Assembly: GCA_904063045.1 (NCBI GenBank)
Contig: CAJFCJ010000018.1
Location: forward strand, 434,001 to 498,000
Origin: Dimorphilus gyrociliatus
Taxonomy: Eukaryota > Animalia > Annelida
Direction of reading: 5' to 3'
Length of the DNA: 64,000 nt
Below, one piece after another: positions 13,201 to 25,797 of this stretch. The notes beneath the pieces are model-generated. The model saw only the letters and a list, made by a program, of their open reading frames with translations, was not told where the DNA came from and searched no databases. A program made the translations under genes and the position numbers. The stretch's first letter is position 1. Each line of letters begins with the position of its first letter.

Positions 13201-16200
13201 TAACTTTAAAAAAGAGAACCAAACAAAAATCGCTTACTTTGTTCATCGGCGGTGTTATATTGAAGATAGGACTTTTTTCTTCTATAAAATTATCTCCATT
13301 ATACTTTAGCGACACGTTGATGAAACTGTTGGTATCTAGACCATATTGAGAGAATACAATTTGAGATAAAATTGCTTCAAATTCAATAGTATTTTCATCA
13401 AACGTCTCGTTTAAAGAATAGTTTCCGAATCCTTAAATGGGCAATTAAATGTACTATATCCAAGATTTTAGACATAATTACCTGTGTTGCTAACAATACC
13501 CATATCTAAAGATGCCGTCTGATCGTACTGCAAATAGTTTTCCGTGTGTTTTTCATAAGAAAATTTTAATTGATTTAAACACTTAAAGTTAGAGCCAACT
13601 CTAAGTACTCGAACGTTACAAATGGAGAGAGTACTGCTTGCAATTAGCGTCAAAAACAAATGTGAAGAAGATGATGTTGGTATCTTCATAGAAAACTTGT
13701 ATGGTATTGATGAGAGTCTTCGCAAAGTATGAATTTTTTCATCAAAAAAGATTTTAGGTTTTTCGTCTAAAATATGTGGGTTAAGAAGTGTTGCAATAAA
13801 AGGAAGTTTAATAGTCCATGAATTTTCCCACATGTAATTAATTTTTATATCGATGTCAAAGCTAGAACCTTCCATTATATTTGAATAATTTTGTAATTTT
13901 ACAGTGAAGGCAAGTAGAACCTTGTTTTCTTTTTTTGTATTTTTCGGAAAATCGTTATATTTTAAGTTACAAATAGAACCAAAAGTAGCTTTAAGATTGT
14001 CATACTCGTCATTGTTCTGAGAACTAAAAAATATTGCTTTCATTGATAACTCCTTTGCAGACACACAGTGAATGTTTTCACCCACAAAGAAAACTTCAAA
14101 GGAGCAAATTTTCAAAATTGGTATTGTTGAAATTTGAGGAGAACTCAAAATAATTTCCATAGGATAATTTATAGAAAATTCTTGTGTTTCAATATCAATT
14201 TGTATACTTTTTGTTTCTTCCCTAGCAATTGTGTTATTTTTTGTTGAGAAGTACGTTTTAAAATTTGGTGTTGTGTTATTCTGATAAGGAAAAAGTACAA
14301 TAAACAATTTATTTTTTACTTATTACTTACATTGTTGTATCTTGTTATATTGTCGGAGAGAAAAACTTCAGACTTTCCAACCCAGAGTTTATTATTTGCA
14401 AATCGGAAACCTAAAGTTAGATCAATCTGCGTACCGGAAAGAGCCAAGGAATGATTTAGTACTTGAGTTGTCAAAAGAAATTTCATTTTGTTACTCTCGG
14501 GAAACTGATCGACTTCATAATGTCCTGTGTGGAGGATGTTACCCAATTTCCAAACCGCTTTGTCGTGATATTTCCCATTGTATCTTGATGAATACTCAAT
14601 CGGACAGTTATTATGTTGATGGCAAGTAACACATGGTAGGTTTTTACCACTAAAAACCATTTTTAGAGAACATATTTTTAACCATTCTTGACTTTGATTA
14701 AAAGGTAAAATAACTTCCAATTCATAGAATGACAAAGAATTTTTAGGATATTCAACAACCATTTCATGTAATATTGAGTCGCCTATAAAGACATTTTGAG
14801 GAGTTAAAAGTTCCAATGATACTTTCGGAGTTAAAACCTGAAGGAATTGAGAAATTAAAAATATTCAAATGTATATTTTATACATTACAGTGCTATATTT
14901 TGTTTTGTTTTTAGCTGTAAATAAACGTTCCCCTGTCCAAATATTACTTCCTCCTACATCAACAGCAGCACCTACCCAATAATTTTTTCCAATAAAATTG
15001 TTATTTTCTTGAAGGTGAACAACTATTTCTAAAGTTAACCTATTTTTTATAATCTCATTATCATCTTCTCTTGCACCTTTATTTATAATTTCTCCAAGAT
15101 TCAATCTCGCTTTTTCGTTTGTTATCTTTGTTTTACTTTTATATTGTTCAATATTTAGGTGATCCGTTTTTAAACATTCATAGTTTTCTCCTTTTGAAAC
15201 AACTCTTATATCACATACTGACAAGATATCGGTATGGTTCATTGGTGCAAAAACATCAAGAACAACAGTAGTTACCGCATACGGAATATAAATATCTAAA
15301 ACATATTTCGCCGAAGTTCCAATTTCCAAAAACTCCGGACCCGTAAAATTAAAGGTTGGCAAAATACTCGGAATCTAAAAAACTAAATATTAGAAGAATC
15401 ATTTCAAAACATTCTGCTTACGTGTGTATCCAAAACAGCTGTAAAAGCTGCCTGTCCGACCCAAACTTCTGTCTCGAAATTATATTCAGCTCCAGCGCTT
15501 ATCCAATAAGTTGACCCATTTATAATTGAATTTGGTTTATTTAGAAGAAAAACATCCCACTCTATTACTATCATATTATCTGAAGCTGCTCCACCGCCCG
15601 TACAACTTACATTTCCAAAGTTCAGTATTGCTCTATCGTATTCATCTGTACCATCTTTAGATTCCATGATAGGTTTAAAATTTGAAGGAATGTTGAACTG
15701 TGGATCAACAATCAATTTATTTCCAATTGTTTTCACTTTCACATCACATAATTTCGCGATTGTCGTATCATTATCTGGAGTAAAAAGTTCAACCAGCAAG
15801 TCCGTTGTATAAACTGGAAAATGTATTGCTAACTGAAAAGTAATTTTTGATCCCGGGCGCAGTTCCGTGACATTTTCATATTTTCCGTACTTAATCAAAT
15901 GTAATGTTATATTATCTGGATTGATCGGTGACGTAGGAACGCTCTGAAAAAAGAACAATGCCAATGTATTGATCTATGCAAATCAACAATAAAAAACGAT
16001 ATGTTTTTTCATTATTTTTTACAGATAAGTCATTTTAACAGAGAAATAAGCATTGAGCGAAAATTGACATTCGCCTGTATATTCAATTCCTTTTGTGAAA
16101 AGTTGTAAAGGCTTTTTTCATTTAAATTCTTACCCTCTTTGTCCTTGAATGAAGCGACGGAAGCATATTGTTTATCGGTACATTAAAAGATTCACTTTCG

Positions 16201-16918
16201 TACGAACTGTCTATGAAAAGAGAATTTTTGAGATTCAATTTCTTTTTCTTATCTTCTTCTACAATATTCAAAGTCACAACAGCAGTATCGAAATTATCCC
16301 ATTCATTGGCGTTAGAGGCTTTGACTTCTAAATGAAACATTTGACCAATAGGTAAAATTATATCTTTTTTTAAAAAGATAATTCCCGTTTGCTTTTCTAT
16401 ATCAAAAACATTTTTTTTGTCATTCGTTACCAAATAATAGTCAACATTTGCACATGTACATGGAGTTTGATTGTCTTTACAAATATATTTATCGTTGTCT
16501 TCTGCAAATACTTGAAACACCTCTCTTTTGATAAAATTTCCTTTAGATGCCACGTTAACTTTATAGGATTTTTGAGAAAATTTGGGAGAAAACTTGTTAA
16601 CTGAGGGGAAAACAATTTTTCGATTCTCGTTAAAAAATGAAAAATTTTTTACCATAGGTTTCACAGTTTGTTCCAATGAAACAGTTGTTACAAACACACT
16701 GATTATCTTGGCAAATGCCATTCAAACATCTGAGATTAGGACATTATATATTAACAGAAAATTATTAATATTTTAAATGTAAAAGTGTTTTTTACCGGGC
16801 TACATCACACAGTCCAGAAATTGCTGAAAGGAATATTTATAATTTAACTAGCTTGTGAAAAAATGAAAAAACCTGTAATAAAGGTAAGTAGTAAGAGACA
16901 TATTAGTCTTGTTGCCAT
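10290..16918 (-). CDS. Large secreted multidomain protein: signal peptide, EGF-like, cadherin domain, furin site, ~7 tandem unnamed repeats, F5/8 type C (discoidin), Asp-box C-terminus
   Basis: MATRLICLLLLTFIT signal; CDVARCLNGICQDNQCVCNNCFIGTNC (EGF); cadherin motifs PKFSQKSY..AEDND..FDIEKQTGIIFL; RTKR; repeats with C-x8-G-x-N-x2-C; YYSQDGIIW..KVFGC (discoidin); SFDQGNTW; ends WKKIYDWTICCKN* at 10290. Most joins checked for phase, some internal ones not. Confidence 0.8.
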
Positions 16919-17080
16919 GCTGCCATGAAAGTGACGTTCCAAGCGGCGTTTATCAATATTTTGCGAAGGTCAATAATAAAAAAAACACTACTAAAGAAAG
17001 ATATAACAATTGTTCACTTTTTTATAATATTTATTTAATATAATGCTTTAGGAATTCAAATCACATGATTACAATAAACT

Positions 17081-17715
17081 TTAAGGATTCTTCCATGGTA
17101 GTACTTTCTGTGTCTTCTCGCTGGAGCTTCTATAACGAAAGACGTTTTCCGTAGATGGGGTAGGTCTTCTACCAAATCTGTCAATACCATTACTTTCTCT
17201 TAAAGTAAAACGACTGTTTAAATTTCCGGGTGAGAAATATCGTACACCATATCCGCAAAAATGAAAATCTGCTTTGTTTTCCATTAGTTCAGGTAACCTT
17301 ATTTCGAATCGTTCGGGACATCTTTCTAAAAATTCTGACCAATTTTCCTTTGTTTGATTTATTTCTCGGTTTGAAGTATAAAAGCTTTTAAATGGATTCT
17401 AAAAGGGGTGAAAGTGTTCCAATATAAATTGAATTACATTTCTTTAATGTACCTTACCTCATTCTGTCTGTCTAAGATGTCATATGGTTTTCTTTGTTCT
17501 TTGCCTGGAAGAACAAATTTTGTTGAAGTTTGGCAATGTTCATCCGACAGTTTATTCATATGTGTATCTCTATCAACATTTCTAAACGAAGGCAAGGTAG
17601 GGTAAAAAATACCCTTCTTTATTGCTGTTAACTTTACTCTTGAAGAACATGGATACTTGTATGCATATAAAGGAATATTTAGAGGTACATTATGATTTCT
17701 CTCTCCGAGAGACAT
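17081..17715 (-). CDS. TEPP: TEPP / sperm microtubule inner protein 8 homolog, 2 coding exons
   Basis: FYPTLPSFRNVDRDTHMNKLSDEHCQTST, ENWSEF, FCGYGVRYF and IDRFGRRP..PWK line up with the TEPP motifs I recall (YHPALPTLRHMDRDT..LPDEHCQSTT, EDWSHF, SGYAVRYL, LDRYGQKP). Phase-0 intron at about 17402-17457. RFX-like half site TTAGCAAC at 17749-17756. Confidence 0.8.
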
Positions 17716-17846
17716 TGCAAATTTCTAATAGTGTAGTCAAACTGAATCTTAGCAACGAGACTGGCACGTATTCGAATATTGCTTTTGATATATGATATAC
17801 TTTTATTTGTCTACCTTTTTTCTACTTCTAGCATGCAAAAATGAAT

Positions 17847-18508
17847 TTAATATTTGGGGTTTTTATAAGTTTCCTCATCGACTTCACAAGCAAAATGCAA
17901 AACCGCTGGTTTGACATCTTCTTCTTTCACAACTTTGCGAAATGTGCTGAATTCGTCACCTTTAAAGCGAATGTACGCTCTTGTGTTCGACGTAATTGCC
18001 TATGCATGATAAATTATACAGAGCAAAACACACGTTTTATTAAAATCATACTGATGCCATGTAAGTTGAATTTTCTGATAAGTTAGGTTCAATACCCATT
18101 TTTTTAAGCATAACTAAACAAAGATCTTGAATATCGGTGTTGTATCGTGAATTCGTATTACCAAGGGCCAAAAATCCTTGATCAACACTGAAAATGCTTT
18201 ATATTAGTAAAAGTAGATAAAAATACCAACGTACTAAGCATTATAACAAACAAAGTGAGGCACATTTGGTAAGCAGCATTCATCATCAGTTGAAATTTTT
18301 TGATCGCATGTAACGGGCCGATTAAAAATCATTTGAGAAGAAGGAAATTTTTTTCCTTGACCTAAAAATACTTTTAAAGGTTTAATTGCTTTACATTTTG
18401 ATACTCACAATAGCTGTATTTAGGACATTTATTTATAGTTCCAGTAGGTGATGAAACTGTTAAGCACCAAGAAGAAAAGAAAATGAATAATGTCAATGCA
18501 ATACGCAT
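17847..18508 (-). CDS. Small secreted cysteine-containing protein of unknown family (~170 aa, 4-5 short exons; absent from the ORF track)
   Basis: Hand splicing gives MRIALTLFIFFSSWCLTVSS-PTGTINKCPKYSY|CQGKKFP..TCDQKISTDDECCLPNVPHFVCYNAY|VDQGF..DLCLVM..YMAS|AITSNTRAYIRF..VLHFACEVDEETYKNPKY*. All introns are GT-AG, ~50 nt and phase-consistent. Confidence 0.7.
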
Positions 18509-19343
18509 TTTAGCGAGTTTAAGTTATCTTTAGGATTCTATATGTTCGACTGACAACAACAATGAAATCAAAACGCCACCTAAGTCTAAAATTTCTATAA
18601 TTTTAATTATTTTTGTGTTTTTTGGTTTAATTAAACAATTTCTATTTCGACTTTTTCGCTTTGTTACTTTAATATATACTAAGCTAAGAGTATTTCAATG
18701 ATATCAATGTTAAAAATATCTAAAGTCTTTTTTTTCTTCCCAGGAAAGTAAGATCTAAAGGTTAGCTTTGTTTATTTTTCAACTTAGAACCGTGGTAAGA
18801 GAACAGTTAATGGTGTAAAATTAATTATTTGGTGGTATTGATTTTATTTCATTTGTTAGCTTTTATTGTAAATTTAATAGTTGATTTTCTCATATTAACG
18901 TGATGTTTGAGAAAACTCCGACATTCAATGTACTATTTAGCTCAACAAAAAAATTTCATGAAGAACTATTTTGTTTAGGATCTTTGTAGAACTACTTTTT
19001 TCCATAAAATGTTTACAAACGTTTTATTTTATCTTGTAATTCTATCATGATTAAAAATAACATTGAAAATTCTTTGTTTGATGTATAAATTTTCCTTGTA
19101 AGTTTAAATTATGTAACACTTTTGAAGCTCAAAATCTGTTTTATCGCTCTTTTAGGTTTAACATCAGAATATTTGCAATTTTACGGGAAAGAATGTTATA
19201 TTAGTGTATTTATTGCAAAATGAATGGAAACAAAGAAAATATAAAGGGTACGTTGGAATTTCTCTTTATTTTTTCATAATACCATATGTTATGAAATGTA
19301 TATTTTTTTATTGGAAACTGGTGCCGTTTTATAACCAATTTAA

Positions 19344-21281
19344 TCAATAAGCATCTGGACCTCCACTCTTCCTAAAATCACTTACAGAATGTAGACATAT
19401 ATTTGTAGCATCCCATAAGTTCGTTGTCGAACAGTTACTTTTTATAGCTTGACATACTGCAACCCCTAGTTCAGGACTTTGTTCGACCATTTTATGACCT
19501 CGCTTTTTTAATGCTTGAATTAATGATTTAGGTAGTGCACTCTCATATAGAACCCTATTAGGCATTAACTGATGATGAAATCTTGCAATATTAACTGCAT
19601 CATCTACATCTTTTTGAAGCCATAACGCAAATGCCGAAACTGTTAAGACAGCTGGGGGAATTTTCGTTCCTCCAGAAGCTCCCACAACGAATTTCACATT
19701 TCCTGAAAAATCTGTAAAAATTGATCCGCATGTGCTTGACTGAGGCCTTTTTCCTGGTCTTATTTGATTAGCAGGAGAATTTAAGGCTCCCCAAAAATTC
19801 TCCTTTGTTGAAATACGGCTAAAGTCATCCATTTGATTGTTAAATATAATACCTGTTCTTTCTCCCACTTTTCTTGAGCCAAACGATAAATTTATGGTAG
19901 AAGTGACACTTACTGCATCTCCGTTTGGGGATATTACTGCAACATGAGTTGTGCCATGTGTTTCGGAAATTTCCCCCGCTGGTTCGTAATAAGGAACGTC
20001 GTGTGTCCTATTCATGTCTATTTTCGAAAGTATTCTTTTTATCGTTGACTCTGATAACATGTCTTCAACAGTGTGATTCATGAAACGATTGAAAGAGGGA
20101 TCTCCTAAAAAACTCTTTGCAGCAAATCCGAATTTAAAAATTTCTATTAGACTGTGATATAAATCGACTGATTTTTCGAATTCGCTTATGTTTTGTGGAC
20201 TCAAGTTTAAATGGTCTAATAAATTAAGCATTAGTTGATACGCAGGACCGGATGATGGCGGTGGAGGAGAGTATACTGTAATATTTAGGCTTGATAGATT
20301 TGATTTAACAGGTCTAGCGAAATAAGCTTCAAACTGGTTAAGATCTTCTTTTTTTATTATACTTCCATGATCTTGCAAATCGAGTAATATATCTTCAGTT
20401 AGAGAACCGTTGTAGAATGCTTTAGCACCTTCTTTTGAAATTTTTTTAAGACTTTCGGCGAGATTTTCTCTTTTCAGAATTTCTCCCTCTTTATATATTG
20501 ACCCATCATGTTTCAAAAAGGTTTTCGATAGACTAGGGCTAGATTTTAGCATATCAAAATTTTTCTTGAAAGCCTCTGCTAAAGCGTGCTGGACAGGAAA
20601 TCCTTCCGCTAATTTTATGATAGGTTCAAATAAGTCACTCCAAGGAAGTTTGCCAAATTTTGACCAGGCTTTATGTAAACCTATAAAGAGATAAACTAGC
20701 TATTGCTCATTTTAAAGCGATGCAAACCTGCAATCTCTCCGGGCACAGCAATGGCCCTACCTCCATACATGGATTCATTCGATGGTCTTTCGAATAGTTC
20801 TTCAGATGCTGCTAAAGGGGCTTTTTCTCTTGCAATCTCTGAAACCACCTCATGCTCTCCATAAATTAACATTATATGTCCCCCACCTAAACCTGACGAC
20901 ATAGGTGAAACAACTCCTAGACATAATAGTGTAATAATTGCAGCATCAACCGCACTCCCACCCTTTTTTGCCATTATGTTTGTCCCAAGTGAAGAGCAAT
21001 GCTGCTCATCTGAAGCTACAGTTCCAAATTTACCATAAGTCGACTTTGAGGTACCTTGATATATTACTGGTGCGTAATTAAATGTTTGTGAAAAAGATAA
21101 AACAATAAGTAGAGGCAAGCCAACTCCAATGGCAGCTCCGATCAAAACTGTTAATAAACCACCACAAATACGAAGTTTACTGCAACAGAAATTATGTTGA
21201 TTTTTAATCTGAAATTATAATTTTCAACCTTTTTTTGTGTGTAGAATTTTCCTGGTTTAACTTCGTGTACTCACTCTTCAT
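19344..21281 (-). CDS. GGT: Gamma-glutamyltranspeptidase (type II membrane protein)
   Basis: N-terminal TM anchor, GGSAVDAAI..GLGGG, catalytic Thr in HGTTHVAV, NNQMDDFS, PGKRPQSS and VGASGGTKI. Confidence 0.95.
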
Positions 21282-21293
21282 TTTGCTTAAAAA

Positions 21294-24200
21294 ATGAGGT
21301 TTTGGTAAAACTTAGATTGCCTATTGTTATACGTTAACAATGCTGGTCTTTGGTTTGTCATTGTTTTAAAGTTAACCCCGTATCTTCTTTCAGGCGACAA
21401 AACAGACAACTTAATAGTGTCTTTTACGGAGAGTCGTAGTACTGCAAGTTCCTACAGCAAAGAATGGAGAGAATTATTTTCCAGCGATAAATATTTAGAA
21501 AATTTGAGACAAGCAGGTATTGTTGGAAAATTTAGAAGCTCTAGGTTCAGAAGCGTTTGTTGGAGGGTAATATTCGAGTGGTTTTGACTTTTTAAACAAT
21601 AAAAGAAGTTTTACAGGTGTATCTAGAAATTTTTCCTCCATTGAGAAAAGATTGGATAAATAGTGTACGGAAATCAAGGTCGCTTTACTGTGATCTAAAA
21701 AAAAAAGCAAGTGTTTTTGAAATGATTTTCTTTTTCTATTGTAATTTTTGATAGTTGGTGGTAAATCCGAGATCTACAAGCTGCTCTGACCTAAAGACAA
21801 ACAATCCTCTATCGTTAAATGATGAGGTCAGCATTGAAATACTATATTATTCTTTCAGAAAGATTTTTTAAAATAGAGCCCTTGGAATCAATTTTTTCGA
21901 GATAACCATCTGCGATCAATTATTTATCAAGACGTAGTAAGAACGTAAGTGTCCTTTAAAAAAGTGAATTTTTACTTCTCAAAGTAATTGGTGAAATTAA
22001 AACTCCATATTTAAAGGTATCCGAAAATAGAATTTTTTCACACCGAAACAATAACAACTATGCTTATCAATATACTCTTCGTATACTCTAAACCGCTGGA
22101 AAGCGGCAATAGTCCTTCTTTCTATAGACAGGTGTGATCCATGTATAAAATCCCTTTATAAATCTGTTGTATCTTACTTAACAATCGCATATTAATTTGA
22201 TTCCCGATTAACCAATAGAAATTCCAGCACATGTTTTTACACTATGAATTTTTGATTTAGATTTAGGATTTTTCACTGTTGTGTTCTTTTCTCTACCTTG
22301 TGTTTCAGTTTCCCTAACGTGCAGTTTTTCCAAGATGAGGACGTTCAAGAGCTTATGGTCGATATATTATTTTTCTATGCGAGAAATAATATGAAATTAT
22401 CATACAAACAGGTGTTGTAACCTTCCCCTAGATTAACTGTAGTCTGCAGAAAATTCTTGAAATATGTATATAATTCTTCAACCTAAAGTTTATTTAACTC
22501 TACAGGGTATGCATGAGCTTCTCGCTCCACTTATCTTTGTACTACACAGTGACCATCAAGCTTTCTTACATGCAAAGGAGTTGGAATCATTACAGTACAC
22601 AATTTGTTTAAAATTTTTTTACTTTTAGGATTTTTTTAAATTTTATAAATAACTTAGTTTATAAATTGAATGAAATTTCACAGAAATCTTTTCATAGAAA
22701 AGTAAGATGTAAAAATATGTGATTTAAAATCGCATGTTTTCGCAAAGCTTAACTAAAAAATTTTACTTCTGCCAGCTATATGACTAAATCAACCAGGTTC
22801 TTAACGGCTTTAAGCATTTTCGGTTATGGTTTTTTAGAGTTTTATGGCTTCTATTTTAATAACTTCTAATAATAAGACTAGTTATTAGCTAAAAACTTTT
22901 GACATTTCATGGTGTTGTTTTACCTTCTAGGAGTCTTTGAACGTAGCTGGCTACTTTATATAGAACTTTCCTATTCCCATCATATTTTTATAGCTATCAC
23001 AATAATAATTTTATATACAGAGCAGAAGTACAAGAAATTATGGATCCAAAATATATTGAACACGATGCTTAGTTAGTAGTATTAATCAGAATTGGAAACC
23101 TAATTCTTCCATCAACTATCTTTACAGCACGATGTTTTGTCAAATTATGAAAACAGTTGAGCCATGGTATATATCCAAGGAACTAACATCTCAACAAGTG
23201 GTAAGTTTTGTAAAACTTTCAGAAAAATTCTTATCTACTGTCTTAAACAGCATGTACGAAAGCTATCTCTTGAGCCATTTAGCAAGCAGCATGATGTTAG
23301 TCCATCAAATGCAATTGTTTTCAAGCTTGCGAGAATTCACGACCATTTACTTAAGAGGTTTGATCCCGAACTGAGGAAATGCCTGGAAGATAATGATATA
23401 ATTCCTCAGTTTTATGGAATGTAAGTAAATCTAAAATAAGGTAAAAACGTAATCTACCGGCTCTTCGTTTCAGACGCTGGATCAGATTACTATTTGGTCG
23501 GGAATTTCCAATGCAAGATCTTTTGGTGATTTGGGATGCCCTATTTTCTGACGGACTGAGTTTAGATTTAGTCGACTATATTTTCACAGCCATGCTTATT
23601 TATATTCGAGATCAATGTGGGTGACAACCTAATCTACCAAGAAAATATAAACTTTATATTTTATTCAGTAATAAGCAGAGATTACGCTAGCTGTCTGAGC
23701 GTTCTGATGAGATATCCACCTGCTCCCGATATTCAGTACTTTATTGATTTGGCTTTGCATTTACGTGATCCTAAGGTAAGCTAATCTAAGTTATTTAACT
23801 AAATGTTTAAGCTTTTATTTCAAGCATTATCAGAAACCGGTATCTGCAACTTTTATGAACCATGCCCCTCGCAAGTCTGGTGCTGTCACAAACGAACCAG
23901 TTAAATCCGGTGAATCCGCTAAGAGGACTAGTGTTATTTCAAAATTTTCCTTCAAGAAAGAGAGAAAGGGGAATGAAAGGCCTAACAGTCTATTGGTATT
24001 GAATTCAACTCTACAAGAAAACGCTTTGTCATCTCCTGATGATCGTTATCAAAAAAGAAAATCTTCGGTACCCACTCCTATTTTATCTTCACAAAAAATA
24101 TCTAATTTTTCTAAGTTTCCGAGTCTCTCTGCGTCATCTACAAATTTAGCTATCCCAAATGACTCTCTTTATCAAAATAATTCCAACCTCAGTATCCTAA

Positions 24201-24574
24201 ATCAAGACTCTAAGCCGCCATTTCCTTCAGGGTCTTTGTCGACACCAATTCAAAGCAAACGAATAAATCATTCAGCAAAAAAAATTACAACTGTCGATAG
24301 AGAACATGCAATACTAACCGGTAGACTGAAAGACAAGGAAATTTTGATTAATTTTTGTAGCCTTCAATTAAATGAGCACATTGAAAAATTGAAGAAGCCT
24401 TATAAAGAAATAGACTTGGAAGATATTTTGCGAAATCTTTCTAAGACTCGTGACATTCTAAACGGGACGATAAAACTCCCATCAAATCTCTTGGAAAAAG
24501 AAAATGTTCCGAGAGTGAATCCAATAAAAGAAGTGGAACTAAGAAATGTTAACAATTCTCAAAATTTAGAATAA
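21294..24574 (+). CDS. TBC1D5: TBC1 domain family member 5 (Rab-GAP), multi-exon; start tentative
   Basis: SYSKEWRELF..LRQAGIVGKFRSSRFRSVCWR, IYQDVVRT, YKQGMHELLAPL, IIPQFYG..RWIRLLFGREFPMQDLLVIWDALF, LMRYPP. Confidence 0.92.
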
Positions 24575-24968
24575 ATGTGACCGTTGGATTTTAATTCTAG
24601 AGACTTACTTACCCATAATTTTCAAAGGCAAAGATTGTTTGAAAGCCTCAAAGTCTATAATCTAAATAAATGTCCTTACAGTTAAATATCTTTAAAATTT
24701 TAGTTTTATTGTCGCTAAGGAGAAAATTAAATTACTTTTACCACTGTATTGTATTCTATAGAATTTTAAAAAGTGGACCGCTGTTTAAATCAAGGAAAAC
24801 TTCGAGGAGTTCTCTTAAAACTTGCTTTTGTACATTCGGTTGACACTTTCAACAAGCGTTAGTCCATCCCACCTACACCTATTTAAATGAAATTATTAGT
24901 TAACCATGTAAGGTATGCGGATGAATTGAATACAATACAATAAAATATATGCTTTCATTATTCCTACT

Positions 24969-25465
24969 TTAAAATAAATATTTCCCACCTTGAGATGATT
25001 TAGCATCGCAGGCTACAATTTTTAAACGTTCAATGTTTCCATTTTCAATCATTGCATCTTTAAATTCCACATCGTCCAGAACAAAAGTCCATACATTGTC
25101 ACAAAAACGGTACGTATTTAGGTGCCCTTTGAAATTTGTACGATTTCTTACTCTTTGGGATAAGGCACTGTTAATTGCTCTATCAAATTGTTGTAAAACT
25201 TTCAAAGCTAAGTTCGGAGTTATCTGATTCATCTATGAAAATAATTGAGAATAAGATTATGTTACGTTATATATATATATATAATTATATTGTACATTTC
25301 TAGCCTATATATTTTTACAGGGGAATATGCTTTTGAAATTTTTATAAGTATAAAATACGAAAGACTATTCTATAAGATGAATTAAAACTTAACCGTAATC
25401 AAGTCGTCTAAACTTTCTTGAAGAGTATTTCCCAAAGTTGTCTTGCGATACATTTGATAACTCAT
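24969..25465 (-). CDS. GTF2A2: Transcription factor IIA small (gamma) subunit
   Basis: [24 protein letters not shown]|..[41 protein letters not shown]. Confidence 0.96.
25268..25283. repeat. (TA)8 microsatellite in the TFIIA-gamma intron
   Basis: Read directly from the sequence. Confidence 0.8.
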
Positions 25466-25797
25466 CTCTCTGGCTATTCGTTCTTAACTCTGACAAAGAA
25501 AGAAGAAATTATGTAATACTTCTAATTTCAAGCTCGAATATAAACAAAGATGGCCACGGTGGGACGTACTAAAGTATAGACATAAACCTTAGTGTTCGTA
25601 AAAAATGATCTAATTTTGCTGTGAATTATTCTCTATTATGCGAACACTTCCTCCTTTTTGTCAATCATATATTAGAGTGAATTTTCAAACAGCTGAAAAG
25701 AAGATTATCAGTATTCCCGTGAGAAAAGAATAAAAGTTAAATACAAAAAACCGAATATTTATAGTAACATCCCGTGTTTAGTTATAACCAACGTAAA

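Noticed and set aside
14342-14629. Plus-strand ORFs opposite the large secreted gene (also 8602-8841, 12546-12944, 16149-16776)
   Set aside because: Antisense shadows of real minus-strand exons, with no motifs or splice support.
21191-21229. Apparent 20-nt intron in the GGT 5' end
   Set aside because: Too short and out of phase. The 49-nt intron ending at TGTTGCAG restores the frame.
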